Shown: positions 39,467 through 49,679 of the stretch, one piece after another
Layout: the number at the start of each line of letters is the position of its first letter
Position numbering within the stretch: position 1 is the first letter of the stretch
NCBI GenBank assembly: GCA_965116885.1
Contig: OZ220741.1
Coordinates: forward strand, 3,424,001 to 3,488,000
Length of the DNA: 64,000 bases
Direction of reading: 5' to 3'
Source of the DNA: Candidatus Latescibacterota bacterium
Lineage (GTDB): Bacteria > Latescibacterota > UBA2968
Translations under genes and position numbers: made by a program
Notes under the pieces: model-generated
Seen by the model: the letters and a program-made list of their open reading frames with translations, nothing else
Told to the model about the DNA's origin: nothing
Databases searched by the model: none

Positions 39467-40600
39467 CTATGGCGTGTCGATCCACCAGTGATACACGTTC
39501 GTCAAGTGCTGTTCATACGCATGCGACGCCTGTAGCAGCAACCGATTCCGCTTGTGTGGATTCAGCGATCCGACCACGATGCTGTTCGAATATGCTGCGA
39601 TTCCCTCCTCGCGCATCCTCAAGTAGATGCCGTCATCCCAGGCAAAGCCATCTCGTGAAGCATACAGAACAAAGTGACCTTTTTCCTCTTTCTTACCCTG
39701 CAAGAATGCACTGCGTCCGTGCATGAAATAACAGCCGTTTAGCACGGCCATCTGAGGGTTTCGGATCTTCTTTTTAAAGTGTGCGATCCTTGGTTCGGAC
39801 CAGGTCCGACCGTCGTCGCTCACCACATAGTCCATCGTGTGCTCAGCCTTGCTGTTGTATATGTACACAATGATGTTTCCGTTATCGCGTATCCCCATGG
39901 TTCCATACGATTTCCCGATGGTGTCGAAGGGAAGCTCGCTGCGCTTCACGAACGTCCGGCCGCTGTCTCGGCTCACGTGCAACTCGTACACATGCTCGGG
40001 CTTGTTGCCCAGGAAATTGATCTCATTGTCGTTCCTGAAGTGGAGCGCGAGTATCTCTCCGTTGTGATACTTTGCATCGTAGAGCCTGCCCCGACTGTCG
40101 CACAGTGCAGATGGCTCACTCCATGTGTACCCTCCATCCGGACTGCTGATGTATGTCGGCACCTGAAATTGCCTCCAAATGACATTGGTCGTGATGTCAC
40201 ACACAAGGAAAAAGAGGACGATTTCACCCTTGTCCGTTCGAATTGCCTTCTCGGCGAAGGCGGACAATTTCTTGCTGGTCTTCCCGCTCTGTCCGGTGTC
40301 GAACAAGTTTTTCGAATAGGCGACCACGTTCCGATCGCTCCAGGTCTCGCCGCCGTCTTCCGATCGCTTGTATTCCATCCAGCCTCTGGCCGAGTGGCCC
40401 TTGTCAGACTTCTTCGGGTTGTGGCTTTCGGCGGAGCAGTTCGGATAGAAGGCGAGGATCTTCCCGTCTTCATACTCTACCAGTGCGTGCCCGAGATTTC
40501 CACCTCTTTTTGCCGGGGCGTGATCGACAAAGAGAATCCCATCGTTCGGTGGGTTTTTGGGGGTGATTTTATAATCTGCTTTGTTTGGGTTTCCGGCCAT
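39467..40600 (-). CDS. BNR/Asp-box sialidase-like protein
   Basis: Five Asp boxes: SEDGGETW, SPDGGYTW, SRDSGRTF, SDDGRTW, SRDGFAW. Confidence 0.8.
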   Translation of the reverse strand: MAGNPNKADYKITPKNPPNDGILFVDHAPAKRGGNLGHALVEYEDGKILAFYPNCSAESHNPKKSDKGHSARGWMEYKRSEDGGETWSDRNVVAYSKNLFDTGQSGKTSKKLSAFAEKAIRTDKGEIVLFFLVCDITTNVIWRQFQVPTYISSPDGGYTWSEPSALCDSRGRLYDAKYHNGEILALHFRNDNEINFLGNKPEHVYELHVSRDSGRTFVKRSELPFDTIGKSYGTMGIRDNGNIIVYIYNSKAEHTMDYVVSDDGRTWSEPRIAHFKKKIRNPQMAVLNGCYFMHGRSAFLQGKKEEKGHFVLYASRDGFAWDDGIYLRMREEGIAAYSNSIVVGSLNPHKRNRLLLQASHAYEQHLTNVYHWWIDTP

Positions 40601-40620
40601 AAGTGCCTCCCTGGACGAAG

Positions 40621-42069
40621 TTAAGTGCCTTTGTAGATATTGGAGGAATACATTTCAAAGCCTTCGGGGCCAGGGTAGCCGTCGAAGAGATTGCATTCGG
40701 GTACATTGCCGGAGGCGCCATTTTTGAGCCAGTTGATGAAGATGGGGTCGGCATTGCGGTGTTCGAGTTCGGCGAGACCCGAGGCGTGAAGGTCTTGAAC
40801 GCGACTGGGATTTTCAGAAGCGATATTGTCCAGAGAGCCGTAGGGCGTGAGGATGCTGTCTTCGGGGTTGGGATGCCATTCGAGATAGCCTTCCTGATCG
40901 AAGACGGTAAAGTAGCCGCGTTGAAGATGTCGCATCGCTTTGCCGCGCGCCACGCCTGATAGGGCGATTTCGCGGTTGCCCAGGCTGTTTTCACGCGCAG
41001 CTTTGAGGATGTCGTAACTTTCGATATTGTCGGGAACAGGCGCGCCTGATAGGTTGGCGATGGTGGCGAAGAAATCTTGTGGTTGAAAGATGGCAGAACT
41101 GCGACCTGTGTCGCCTTCGGGTGTTTTGATGAAAAGTGGGATGTGGATTTCTTGTTCGCGAACGGGTGCGCCTTTGCCAAATCTGCCGCGTTCACCGACG
41201 TTGGTGCCGTGATCGCCTGCGACGAGTATGGCGGTGTTTTTGGATAGACCCGTGGCTTCAAAGGCTTCGAGGAAGCGGCCAAAGCAGTGGTCCATCCAGG
41301 TGACTTTGGCTGCATAACTGGCTTTGATGCGTGCTCTGGCTTCGTCGGGCAGGTTGGGATTGCTGCGGGCTTGTGTTCCGCCCTTGAATATGCGAGGATC
41401 GAGGCGCCCATCATAACCAGGCGTTTTGTCGTATTTGAGCATGAATTCGGGGGGTACGTCCCAGGGTTCGTGGGGGTCGAAGCAGTCGATCCAGAGGAAG
41501 AAATTTTCCCGGTTTTTATTGTCGCGAAGAAACTCGGCGGCGGTGTTGAAGAGTTTGGCGCAGTTCCAGTCGTCTAAGTTTTCGCGGCCTCTGTTGGTGC
41601 GGGCATATTGAATGGTTGGTATTGGGAGTTCGTCTTCGAGGATGTCAAAGAGCGGGTCTTTTGCCCAGTTGCTGGGCCATTTGGCTTCGTCATTTATCCA
41701 GGCGCGGTCAATTTCGGCACCGCGGATGAAGGTCCAGGTGTGAAAGGGATAATCGAAGGCATGGCCCCCGTTGACGAGGTGGGGGGTGTCGTGCAGGAGT
41801 TGCGTTGCGTAGCCTGCTTCGCCGAGGACATACGGCAGTGCATTGGTGTTGAAGGGCAGGGGTTTCCAGGCGTGAAAGGGACTGCCGTATTTGCCGGTCA
41901 TGACGTCGGTGCGATAGGGGATGGTGGGAAAGCTCGCTGCGAAAGCACGGTCGAAACACCAGGATTGTGAGGATAGGCGGTCGAGGTTGGGTGTTTCGAT
42001 CCAGTCATTGCCGTTGGCACCGATATAGTCGTAGCGCATGGTGTCGATGATTAAGAGAATGATGTTCAT
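40621..42069 (-). CDS. Sulfatase-like hydrolase with Thr in the nucleophile motif
   Basis: MNIILLIIDTMRYD, TIPYR, FDPHEPW, GDHG; start placed at ATG 42069. Confidence 0.85.
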   Translation of the reverse strand: MNIILLIIDTMRYDYIGANGNDWIETPNLDRLSSQSWCFDRAFAASFPTIPYRTDVMTGKYGSPFHAWKPLPFNTNALPYVLGEAGYATQLLHDTPHLVNGGHAFDYPFHTWTFIRGAEIDRAWINDEAKWPSNWAKDPLFDILEDELPIPTIQYARTNRGRENLDDWNCAKLFNTAAEFLRDNKNRENFFLWIDCFDPHEPWDVPPEFMLKYDKTPGYDGRLDPRIFKGGTQARSNPNLPDEARARIKASYAAKVTWMDHCFGRFLEAFEATGLSKNTAILVAGDHGTNVGERGRFGKGAPVREQEIHIPLFIKTPEGDTGRSSAIFQPQDFFATIANLSGAPVPDNIESYDILKAARENSLGNREIALSGVARGKAMRHLQRGYFTVFDQEGYLEWHPNPEDSILTPYGSLDNIASENPSRVQDLHASGLAELEHRNADPIFINWLKNGASGNVPECNLFDGYPGPEGFEMYSSNIYKGT

Positions 42070-42252
42070 TGTAAATCTCCGAAGACGGATGGACGAATTA
42101 AAACTCTTGAGGCCGAAATAAGCTATAGACCCATTTGTTCCGACACAATAGAAATACATACCGGTTGGGCTGCCATTTCTTCATTGCTTTCTCTCGCGGA
42201 TTTGTTCATATAAACAAGCCGTTGTTATCTTTTTGAAACAGGAGGTTATCGG

Positions 42253-43233
42253 ATGTCCAAACCGCTTTATCAACTGGACTGGCAGCGTTGGGAGCAGCCG
42301 ATTCTGTCGGGGATGACCACAAACCAGGACTGGTGCCGGGTGACGTTGTACAGCCCGACTGTTCTCCGTATGGGCGATACGTACAAAATGTGGTATCTGG
42401 GCAACCGAACGGCCACGCGTACGAGCGATATGGATCTGGGGTATGCCGAGTCCCCGGATGGGCTGACCTGGACGCCACATCCGGACAATCCGATCCTCAG
42501 CGGCGGGTTGCCGTGGGGCCGTGCGTGGCAAACGCCGCATGTGATCTTCGACAGCGATGAGAATCTTTACAAGATGTGGTTCGTGATGGCTGATAGCCGT
42601 CCGGGTGAAGGGGGCAGGGCGATCGTTCTGGGACAGAAGCTGGGGTATGCGACCAGTTCCGACGGTCTGGCATGGGAGGCCTACTCCGAGTCGATCTATC
42701 CGAGCGGGCGGGGGCCATGCGTGTTGAAGGAGGGACCAAATGCCTACCGCATGTGGATGTGTTCATCCCCCAGTCCGGACGGAGAATTTGGAGATCTGGT
42801 AGGGAATATCTACCACTTCGAATCGACCGACGGCATCGCCTGGACGCGGAACTCCGAACCGATGATCCGGGCCACGGAAACGCGCCAGAGTGTGGTCTAT
42901 CCGAGCGTTTTGCGGGATGAGCAGGGATATACGATGTGGTACGGATGCCATGTGGAGGGGGGAATCTTTGAGATTTTCTGTTCAACGTCGGAGGACGGGC
43001 TGAATTGGACGCACCACCTGAAGGAGCCTTCGTTTCCCGCAACACGCAATCCAAACGATTTCGACGGACGATACACATCCACGCCATGCGTGCTGGACGA
43101 CGGTGACCGCTACCTGATGTACTATTCCGCCCGAGACTGGGGAAACCTCTACCGGGCTGGGGACGGGACGATTAAGACCGACGGCGCGGGTATTTACCGC
43201 CACATCGGAGTGGCCGTATGTCCGAAGGAATGA
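42253..43233 (+). CDS. Five-bladed beta-propeller glycosidase-like protein (GH32/43/130 fold)
   Basis: Repeats of P-x-V(L/I)...(M/Y)W(Y/F) and S-x-DG-x-x-W; RBS AGGAGG. Confidence 0.7.
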   Translation: MSKPLYQLDWQRWEQPILSGMTTNQDWCRVTLYSPTVLRMGDTYKMWYLGNRTATRTSDMDLGYAESPDGLTWTPHPDNPILSGGLPWGRAWQTPHVIFDSDENLYKMWFVMADSRPGEGGRAIVLGQKLGYATSSDGLAWEAYSESIYPSGRGPCVLKEGPNAYRMWMCSSPSPDGEFGDLVGNIYHFESTDGIAWTRNSEPMIRATETRQSVVYPSVLRDEQGYTMWYGCHVEGGIFEIFCSTSEDGLNWTHHLKEPSFPATRNPNDFDGRYTSTPCVLDDGDRYLMYYSARDWGNLYRAGDGTIKTDGAGIYRHIGVAVCPKE

Positions 43234-43264
43234 ACCGCTTTAACAGGTCAAGTCCACTCAGACT

Positions 43265-45244
43265 TTAACGTTGTTCCGACGACTTTATTCGTTTCACGAC
43301 GGGCGCTCTCTTCCTTGGAGGATAATCTGGGTGCAACCCGGCCATTCGCGGCGTCTGGGGACGGATCGGTCCCCAGTTGATCGCATAGGGGTGATCCTTA
43401 CAGAGTTGCTCGATCTTTTCCCAGGTGGCGAGTACGTTCGCCTGTTCGCTTTTGTCTCCGTTCCAATACCGGGTCATTCCAGCGCGAATGTCGATCATGT
43501 GGCGGGTGTGATCCAGGCCTATGCGGACGAAATCGATCCGCGCCCCGAACCGCTCCGGTTCGTCCGTAACCTTGCGTGACGCCTGTTCGAGTAGCGCGTA
43601 AGCGCGGTCGAAGAACGCATTGTCATAGACATCCGGGTATGCTCGTTTACTTGCCCAAAAGATGTTGCGCGTCTCCTCCATCAGATTCCAATAGGTCTCG
43701 AGTTCCGTAGCTGCTGGGCCGAATGCACGTTGATAGTAATTCTGTAGAATCGTCTGCCCATCCTGCGACGGATCCCACAAGAGATGCGCCATGAGATAGT
43801 ATTGTGGCCCGTGCGTTGCCCAGTGTTCCCATACCATATCGACAAAGATGCCCATCGCTTTTTCACCGATCAGTTTGAAGTCCTCAATCGCTTGTGTGAG
43901 AGCCACATCCGGCTGCCCCTGAGGCCAGCCCGCGGGGTCACCGACATTGGGTCGCCACATCATGTGCTTCGCGACCTTCGACCACGCGATGTATTGCTCT
44001 TTGTGTGTGGAACCCCTGGTCGAACCACGGTCGATCAGGCCGTCTCGGTTGAGGAAATTCGCCACGCTTGCCACAATGACATTCTCTGCCGGAACTTCGC
44101 GAATCGGAGCAGGCCGGGAATGCCCGTAGGCGAGCATCATGACATAGTAGTCTCGATCCGGATAGCGCTGCTTGAGTAGCCGCGCACATGTGTTAGCAAA
44201 CCGGACGTGCCGATCAGATAGTGCGGGCAGTTCCTGCCTGGTCCCTTTCCAGTGAAACGAACGGAGTTCGCCATCCGGATGGTCCCAGGCGCGACAGGGC
44301 TTACAAACACAATGCCCGCTAGCCCAGCTGTCGTTAGGCGACGCATTGAAGACGCGTTGATTTGGGTTTTGTTTTAGTGCTTTCTCGACATCCGCGAGCC
44401 ATTGCTGCGGCACCTCCGGATTCGATTGGCAGAGCTTGGCGTATTTGGGTTGTGGAAATCCGCTCCGCGTTCCGTCAGGCTGAAGTGCGAAGAATTCGGG
44501 GTGTGTTTCGTGAAATCGCTCCCACCAGTTGCGGAATCCATGCCCCCCTTCCATTTCGAGGGAACCCAACTGTAGCCGTTGACGACGTGTCCACTTCTGG
44601 GATCGACCGTATGATCCCCTGGGCGCCAGCCTGGAGTAACTGAACAGTCCGGCCCGGAAACGAAGACTGGGATGGTAGCGATAGCTGAAGGTCGCGAAGC
44701 GGATGGATTCCTGAGGGATGATATCCTCGCCGAGATCGCCAGGCCAGAACCAACGCACGCCGAGTCGGTCGTGCAGAAACGTATAGATCGCATTTACAGT
44801 CCCATACTCTTGCTGGATTCCCTCGATTCGTTTTCCGTTGATCTGTGCAATCAGGTGGTTGGGATCCCAACGGTCTCGCCCCGCGATTACGAGGTGCTTT
44901 TCGCTCGCCGCGATGACGATTTCCTCGGGGTGTCGGAAGTCGAAGTCGATCTTTGGAAACAGCGAATCAAGCGCCGGTTGATAACCCACCCAGATGGCCC
45001 GATCTGGGAATTGGCGGGGTGGACCGTCGATCCATTCCGGTCGAGTGCCACAGGTTTTCTCGATGTAATCGGCAAGATCAATCGCGGCTTTGCGCGTGAA
45101 AGGTGGTGCATCTGGAAAGAGGATCAGCGGCGCCGGTTTGATCCCGGCTTTTTTATCGACGAGGGTGAACTCGGCGGTATCGGCTGCTGAAATCGAGGTT
45201 AGCACGATGGAAACGGTGCGGAGCAGCTTTATTTTTTTTAACAT
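43265..45244 (-). CDS. DUF4838 domain protein
   Basis: Signal peptide, LGVRWFWPG, HPEFFAL, LCQSNPEV, SPND, CVCKPC. Confidence 0.8.
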   Translation of the reverse strand: MLKKIKLLRTVSIVLTSISAADTAEFTLVDKKAGIKPAPLILFPDAPPFTRKAAIDLADYIEKTCGTRPEWIDGPPRQFPDRAIWVGYQPALDSLFPKIDFDFRHPEEIVIAASEKHLVIAGRDRWDPNHLIAQINGKRIEGIQQEYGTVNAIYTFLHDRLGVRWFWPGDLGEDIIPQESIRFATFSYRYHPSLRFRAGLFSYSRLAPRGSYGRSQKWTRRQRLQLGSLEMEGGHGFRNWWERFHETHPEFFALQPDGTRSGFPQPKYAKLCQSNPEVPQQWLADVEKALKQNPNQRVFNASPNDSWASGHCVCKPCRAWDHPDGELRSFHWKGTRQELPALSDRHVRFANTCARLLKQRYPDRDYYVMMLAYGHSRPAPIREVPAENVIVASVANFLNRDGLIDRGSTRGSTHKEQYIAWSKVAKHMMWRPNVGDPAGWPQGQPDVALTQAIEDFKLIGEKAMGIFVDMVWEHWATHGPQYYLMAHLLWDPSQDGQTILQNYYQRAFGPAATELETYWNLMEETRNIFWASKRAYPDVYDNAFFDRAYALLEQASRKVTDEPERFGARIDFVRIGLDHTRHMIDIRAGMTRYWNGDKSEQANVLATWEKIEQLCKDHPYAINWGPIRPQTPRMAGLHPDYPPRKRAPVVKRIKSSEQR

Positions 45245-45303
45245 GTTTTATTCCTTTCAGCAGGCGTTCAGTCAGTTTTTCCATATAGAAAGGCCATTTT
45301 GAA

Positions 45304-45828
45304 TTACGTTTGGAGCCTTTGAAAGGCTTTAAGAGTTGCAGGATCAGTGACTATTTCCCTTGCGGCTTCAATAGTCAACCATTTGGCAGCATAGAATTCC
45401 TGCATATCAATATTGAAATTGCTGCCATCTGTAAGAAGCAAATACCAGATGTCATAATGAGACTGACAGGGTTGCACAGGATTTTCTATTGGTGTAATGG
45501 TCAACAAAAACGGTTGTGGTTCGAATTTAAAAAAGCGCCATATTCCCAATTCTTCACCTATCTCACGGTTCAAAGCTGCCAGAAGCGTCTCGTCTTTATC
45601 TATATGACCGCCGGGAGAAAGCCAGAGGCCAGACTTTTTATGGTGGATGACAAATACCTTTTTGCTCTGGGAATCATAGGGGAGAAAATAGACACAAAAA
45701 TGGGTCTCCGGATTTTCATCTCGCGTTGGTTTTCCTTCTTTCACTCTTTGTTTATAGCGACTATAGGTTTCCCCATTGTCACATATATCACGGTCGATAA
45801 CTTTTGCAATTGATTCTTGTGTTTTCAT
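45304..45828 (-). CDS. NUDIX hydrolase
   Basis: PGGHIDKDETLLAALNREIGEELGI NUDIX box. Confidence 0.9.
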   Translation of the reverse strand: MKTQESIAKVIDRDICDNGETYSRYKQRVKEGKPTRDENPETHFCVYFLPYDSQSKKVFVIHHKKSGLWLSPGGHIDKDETLLAALNREIGEELGIWRFFKFEPQPFLLTITPIENPVQPCQSHYDIWYLLLTDGSNFNIDMQEFYAAKWLTIEAAREIVTDPATLKAFQRLQT

Positions 45829-45960
45829 AGCGGCTTTTCGGGTAGGTTCCGTTGAGTAATGGGTTATGCGTTTCTAAAGAATACTGTAGTTTCATGGGCC
45901 TTTATTTGTTGAGCATACTATACAGGCGTGGGATCTGTTCGACCAGGATTTCTGCCCTGG

Positions 45961-46739
45961 TCATCTTTTTTTGTCTTCGATACTAACAACAGACGGGATC
46001 ATCCGAGCAGTTGTTCCAAGAACGAGGGTCAGTAATCCCCCTGTTAGGAACCACGGCTGCGGGCCAAATACATCGGTTACAGGACCTATCACGATGAGCC
46101 CAAGCATAGTTGTAAATTGCACGGAACTATGGAGAGCACCAAATACGCGGCCTTGTAGATGGGGAGCGACATTGGCCTGAAGGAGTGCGCGGAGAGGCGC
46201 GTTAATTAGCGAGCTACCGACACCGCTTAAAGCTATGCCCGTGATGGCTAAAGCAAAGCGGGTATGAGGGGTGATACCTACGAGTATTGTTCCAATGCCA
46301 TACACAATCCAGCCGAAGATCGTCGTCATGATTCGGCGACGGAATCCACCCCAGGCCCCGACCAGAAGACCTCCCAGGACAATGCCCACTCCCCAGGCAG
46401 AATTAAACCAACCAAGTTCGGTAGCACCTCCATTGAAGTGATCTGTTATCAAGAGGGGCGAGATGGTCATCTTCGTGTTCCCAAATATGTTTAATACGGC
46501 AGCAATTAAGATTAAGTTCCGAAGACCAATCCATCTCCACTGATGGGAGCCAAAAAGACTTCTGGTAGGTAGGCGACAAGGACTGAGGTCGCGAGAATGG
46601 TCGCAGATCCCGTCTTTTCCGTAAGCCACCACACCAGGGCAAATTGTGCAACTTGGGTTCCAAGAGACGACAGCGTTTGTCCTGTCCAGATGGTAAAGAA
46701 TCCACCAGCCCATGAACCGTCTCTATTCAGATGAATCAA
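45961..46739 (-). pseudogene. MFS transporter (MefA-like) with internal deletion and frameshift
   Basis: N-part FFTIWTGQTLSSLGTQVAQFALVWW...APISG and C-part WRWIGLRNL...LQGRVFG lie in different frames; total about 260 codons, middle helices missing. Confidence 0.8.
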
Positions 46740-46742
46740 TCA

Positions 46743-47324
46743 TTACTCCTTTTGACCTGAATCGGCGAGAAAGAACGTTCCCCTCTTTTTAAACCGAAAA
46801 CTCTCATCGGGTACGATAAACTCCAGTTTATCACACAAAAAAGAGCCAGATGGAACTGAATTTTGGAGCTGTGCACAAAGCTCAAGGCTCTCGTCTATGG
46901 ATATGAACTCTGCAATGGTCATGTGCGGAGCTATGTTGCGCCTGTGATACGCTTCGCCGGAAAATGCCGATGTACCGTGGAGGATCTGCTTTAAATTATC
47001 GATAGGCTCTCGTGGCCTTATAGGATACGAGACGCCAGGGTGCTTGGTTGAGGCATGCGGCTTGTCGTAATGAAGCGTGAATGGCTGAACATCAGTAAGG
47101 ACGTTGTTGATTTCATCAATAAGATCAGGCGTCATTTCCCGACCCAAGGGATCCGACAAAGAGATGTGCGTCGAACAGGAGTCAGCAGAGCGGGGATCAT
47201 ATTTTGCTCGCAAGAGATCGATCTCCTGAGATACCTCTGGAGGGGGCATGATAAGGATGAGGCCAAATCGGTAGTCGCGTTGCCAATCTTCCCACTTCGA
47301 TGTGTTTTTTACGTATGAAATCAT
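46743..47324 (-). CDS. 2H phosphoesterase (2'-5' RNA ligase family)
   Basis: HISL and PHMTIAEF motifs. Confidence 0.85.
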   Translation of the reverse strand: MISYVKNTSKWEDWQRDYRFGLILIMPPPEVSQEIDLLRAKYDPRSADSCSTHISLSDPLGREMTPDLIDEINNVLTDVQPFTLHYDKPHASTKHPGVSYPIRPREPIDNLKQILHGTSAFSGEAYHRRNIAPHMTIAEFISIDESLELCAQLQNSVPSGSFLCDKLEFIVPDESFRFKKRGTFFLADSGQKE

Positions 47325-47487
47325 GAGGAACTCTCACAGGGTGCTGGTATCGGCGTAATTAGCAATGAAATCCGCGTGATTTTTCTATGAGATAGCCTGT
47401 GTAATCCGAATAGAGCCTTCCAACAGAATCTCTCCGTGTTCGTCTTTTCTCTCAGTTCTCCCCTGTTTTTTTCCTGTTTTGCTGTCT

Positions 47488-48288
47488 TTACTTGGTTACC
47501 GACCAGTAGGTATTGGTGATATGTGGCGAACCCACGTAGGGTTTGCCGTCGTGGCTCCCGTATAATTCCCACTGGTCAAATCCACTCAACCGTAGTAGTA
47601 ACTGAAATTCTTCCTTGTGAATCCAGCGAGTCTGCATTGGCACTTTGGCCGTTTCCCCGTCATACTCAAATGTCCAGGTGTAGGTTTCCGTCTGCGATGT
47701 CAGATCACATATTTTTGAGTAATTAACCTGAATCGGCTTCCCTGTCTCGGGGTGCATGCACTCGCCGAACTCCTCCTCTGCTGGCGGGATATTTTGGTGA
47801 AGGAGTATGTCTTCTGTATAGGAGGGAATGTAGAAGTTCAGGAGCAGGCGTCCCCCTGGCTGCAGATGCTCATAGACACGTCGAAGGCAGTCTATTTGGC
47901 TTTGTTGAGTCGGCAGCATCATGAAGGAACTGGCAGGTATGAGAACCGCTACAAATTGGCAGTCATAGATGAAATCGGCAAGATCCTGTTGTGAGATTCG
48001 AGAATCTATATCTGAAATTCCCAAATTTATTGCTTTGTGCCTGAGCACTTCCAACATGGGAAGCGAAATATCAAACCCAAAGATATCAAGCCCATCCAGC
48101 AGCAGAGGCAGCATTTTACAACCCGTTCCACAGGCAGCCTCCAATATCGCACCGCGCGTGTTCTGCAATTGATTTCGGTAAAAATGTAACTCCCGTTCAT
48201 TTAGTGCAGAGCGGCCACCAGTCTCGTTCCATTGGTCATAGATTAGCGCCCACCAATGGGTATCATAGTTACTTCCAGTCTCTTGCAT
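47488..48288 (-). CDS. Class I SAM-dependent methyltransferase
   Basis: ILEAACGTG, GFDIS, HLQPGG. Confidence 0.9.
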   Translation of the reverse strand: MQETGSNYDTHWWALIYDQWNETGGRSALNERELHFYRNQLQNTRGAILEAACGTGCKMLPLLLDGLDIFGFDISLPMLEVLRHKAINLGISDIDSRISQQDLADFIYDCQFVAVLIPASSFMMLPTQQSQIDCLRRVYEHLQPGGRLLLNFYIPSYTEDILLHQNIPPAEEEFGECMHPETGKPIQVNYSKICDLTSQTETYTWTFEYDGETAKVPMQTRWIHKEEFQLLLRLSGFDQWELYGSHDGKPYVGSPHITNTYWSVTK

Positions 48289-48367
48289 GAGTACCCCTAT
48301 GCAAAGAGTTGAGAATGACTTGTCCTCAGTCTCTTTAAAAGGTCTGCTTCAACCTCAACAAATCGGT

Positions 48368-48919
48368 TCAGTAGTCTGTATTATGCCTGGATTCAAATTC
48401 TGCTCGCAATATCCCGAATAAGAGCCTATCCCAACGCCGGTTGGACCAATATATAGCCTCGCGCTCGCACCCTTCCTGAGTAAACCCGAGTTTTTCGAGA
48501 ACTCGGATGGCACCCGTATTATTGGCGGCTGTCACAGCCGAAATTCTGTACAGGTCCAAATGCTCAAATCCAAAGCGAAGGATTACCAGTGCAGCATCTG
48601 TGCAGTACCCTTTACCTCTATCCCTCCTGCGAGCAATGCCAGCACCGAGGCTGGCGGTACGATTTCTCAAGTCGATTTCCGACAACTGAATATCGCCAAG
48701 GAGATTTCCATCTGGACTGAAAATGCCCAGGTAAATTTGACTCTTGCCTTGTTGCTCCTGGATTTCCTCGAACCATTTGTCCGAACCCTCGAGTGAATGA
48801 CCGGGCCTGACTGGTTCTGTCGGGATTGGCTCCTCGAGCTCATAATGCTCCCAAAGGGTGCGGCAATGCTCGCGTTCCATTGTCCGCAATACCACTTTTT
48901 TACCACGTAACTCGATCAT
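48368..48919 (-). CDS. GNAT acetyltransferase, RimJ/RimL family
   Basis: RGKGY, NTGAIRVLEKLGFTQEG, DRLLFGIL. Confidence 0.9.
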   Translation of the reverse strand: MIELRGKKVVLRTMEREHCRTLWEHYELEEPIPTEPVRPGHSLEGSDKWFEEIQEQQGKSQIYLGIFSPDGNLLGDIQLSEIDLRNRTASLGAGIARRRDRGKGYCTDAALVILRFGFEHLDLYRISAVTAANNTGAIRVLEKLGFTQEGCEREAIYWSNRRWDRLLFGILRAEFESRHNTDY

Positions 48920-48961
48920 GATAGGGATCCCCGATTTAGTTCAAACATCGTGCAGACTGTC

Positions 48962-49663
48962 TCAACTGCCGACTACCTTATTTTTTCTAAGAATCGGAAA
49001 TTCGGCACCTTTCATTCCGGTGTCTGTCAAATATGTAAGGTTGCAATGATGATACGCACAGATATAGCTTCTACGTAATTTATCAGATGAATTGGAGCCG
49101 CTTCTATGTAGAACATGCGAATGAAAAATAGCGATTTCACCTGCGTGCATTTCGATGGGGACCTGATTTTTATCATCCACATCTTGCGCGAACCGACCTG
49201 CGTAGAATGTTTCCGTTTCTCTCAAGAATACATGATCAAGTCGTCCCCATTTGTGTGAGCCTGGTATCACCCATAAACATCCATTGCGGATAGTAACAAC
49301 ATCAAGGGCAACCCAACAAGTGATGTAATGTTCCGGCTCTGTCAGACCGTACTGAGCATCTTGATGCCAATAAAATTCTTTGCCTTGAAACGGAGGTTTA
49401 TGAGCTATTAAATTCCAATGAAGATCGGCATTGGGCCCAACCAGTTTCTTACAAGCTTCGACAAAGAGCGGTTGTTTTACGAACTCTGCAAATAGGCCAC
49501 TCTTCAAATGAGGATTGCGTTGAAACCATTTGGGATTGTCTGCGTTATATTTTTCACATTCCTTGGTCAGCTTGTCGAGCCACTCACCTGAGACTTTTTG
49601 TCCAACAATGAAAAACCCTTTCTCATCAAAGTCACGAAGATTACGGCTGGTTATGATATCCAT
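48962..49663 (-). CDS. Phytanoyl-CoA dioxygenase family protein
   Basis: WHQD, NGCLWVIPGSH, HRSGSN. Confidence 0.9.
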   Translation of the reverse strand: MDIITSRNLRDFDEKGFFIVGQKVSGEWLDKLTKECEKYNADNPKWFQRNPHLKSGLFAEFVKQPLFVEACKKLVGPNADLHWNLIAHKPPFQGKEFYWHQDAQYGLTEPEHYITCWVALDVVTIRNGCLWVIPGSHKWGRLDHVFLRETETFYAGRFAQDVDDKNQVPIEMHAGEIAIFHSHVLHRSGSNSSDKLRRSYICAYHHCNLTYLTDTGMKGAEFPILRKNKVVGS

Positions 49664-49679
49664 TTTAGCCTTTCCCAAT

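Noticed and set aside
46512..46739. Programmed frameshift in the MFS gene at TGGA, matching the putative quadruplet anticodon
   Set aside because: Several helices are missing as well, so restoring the frame would not give a full transporter.
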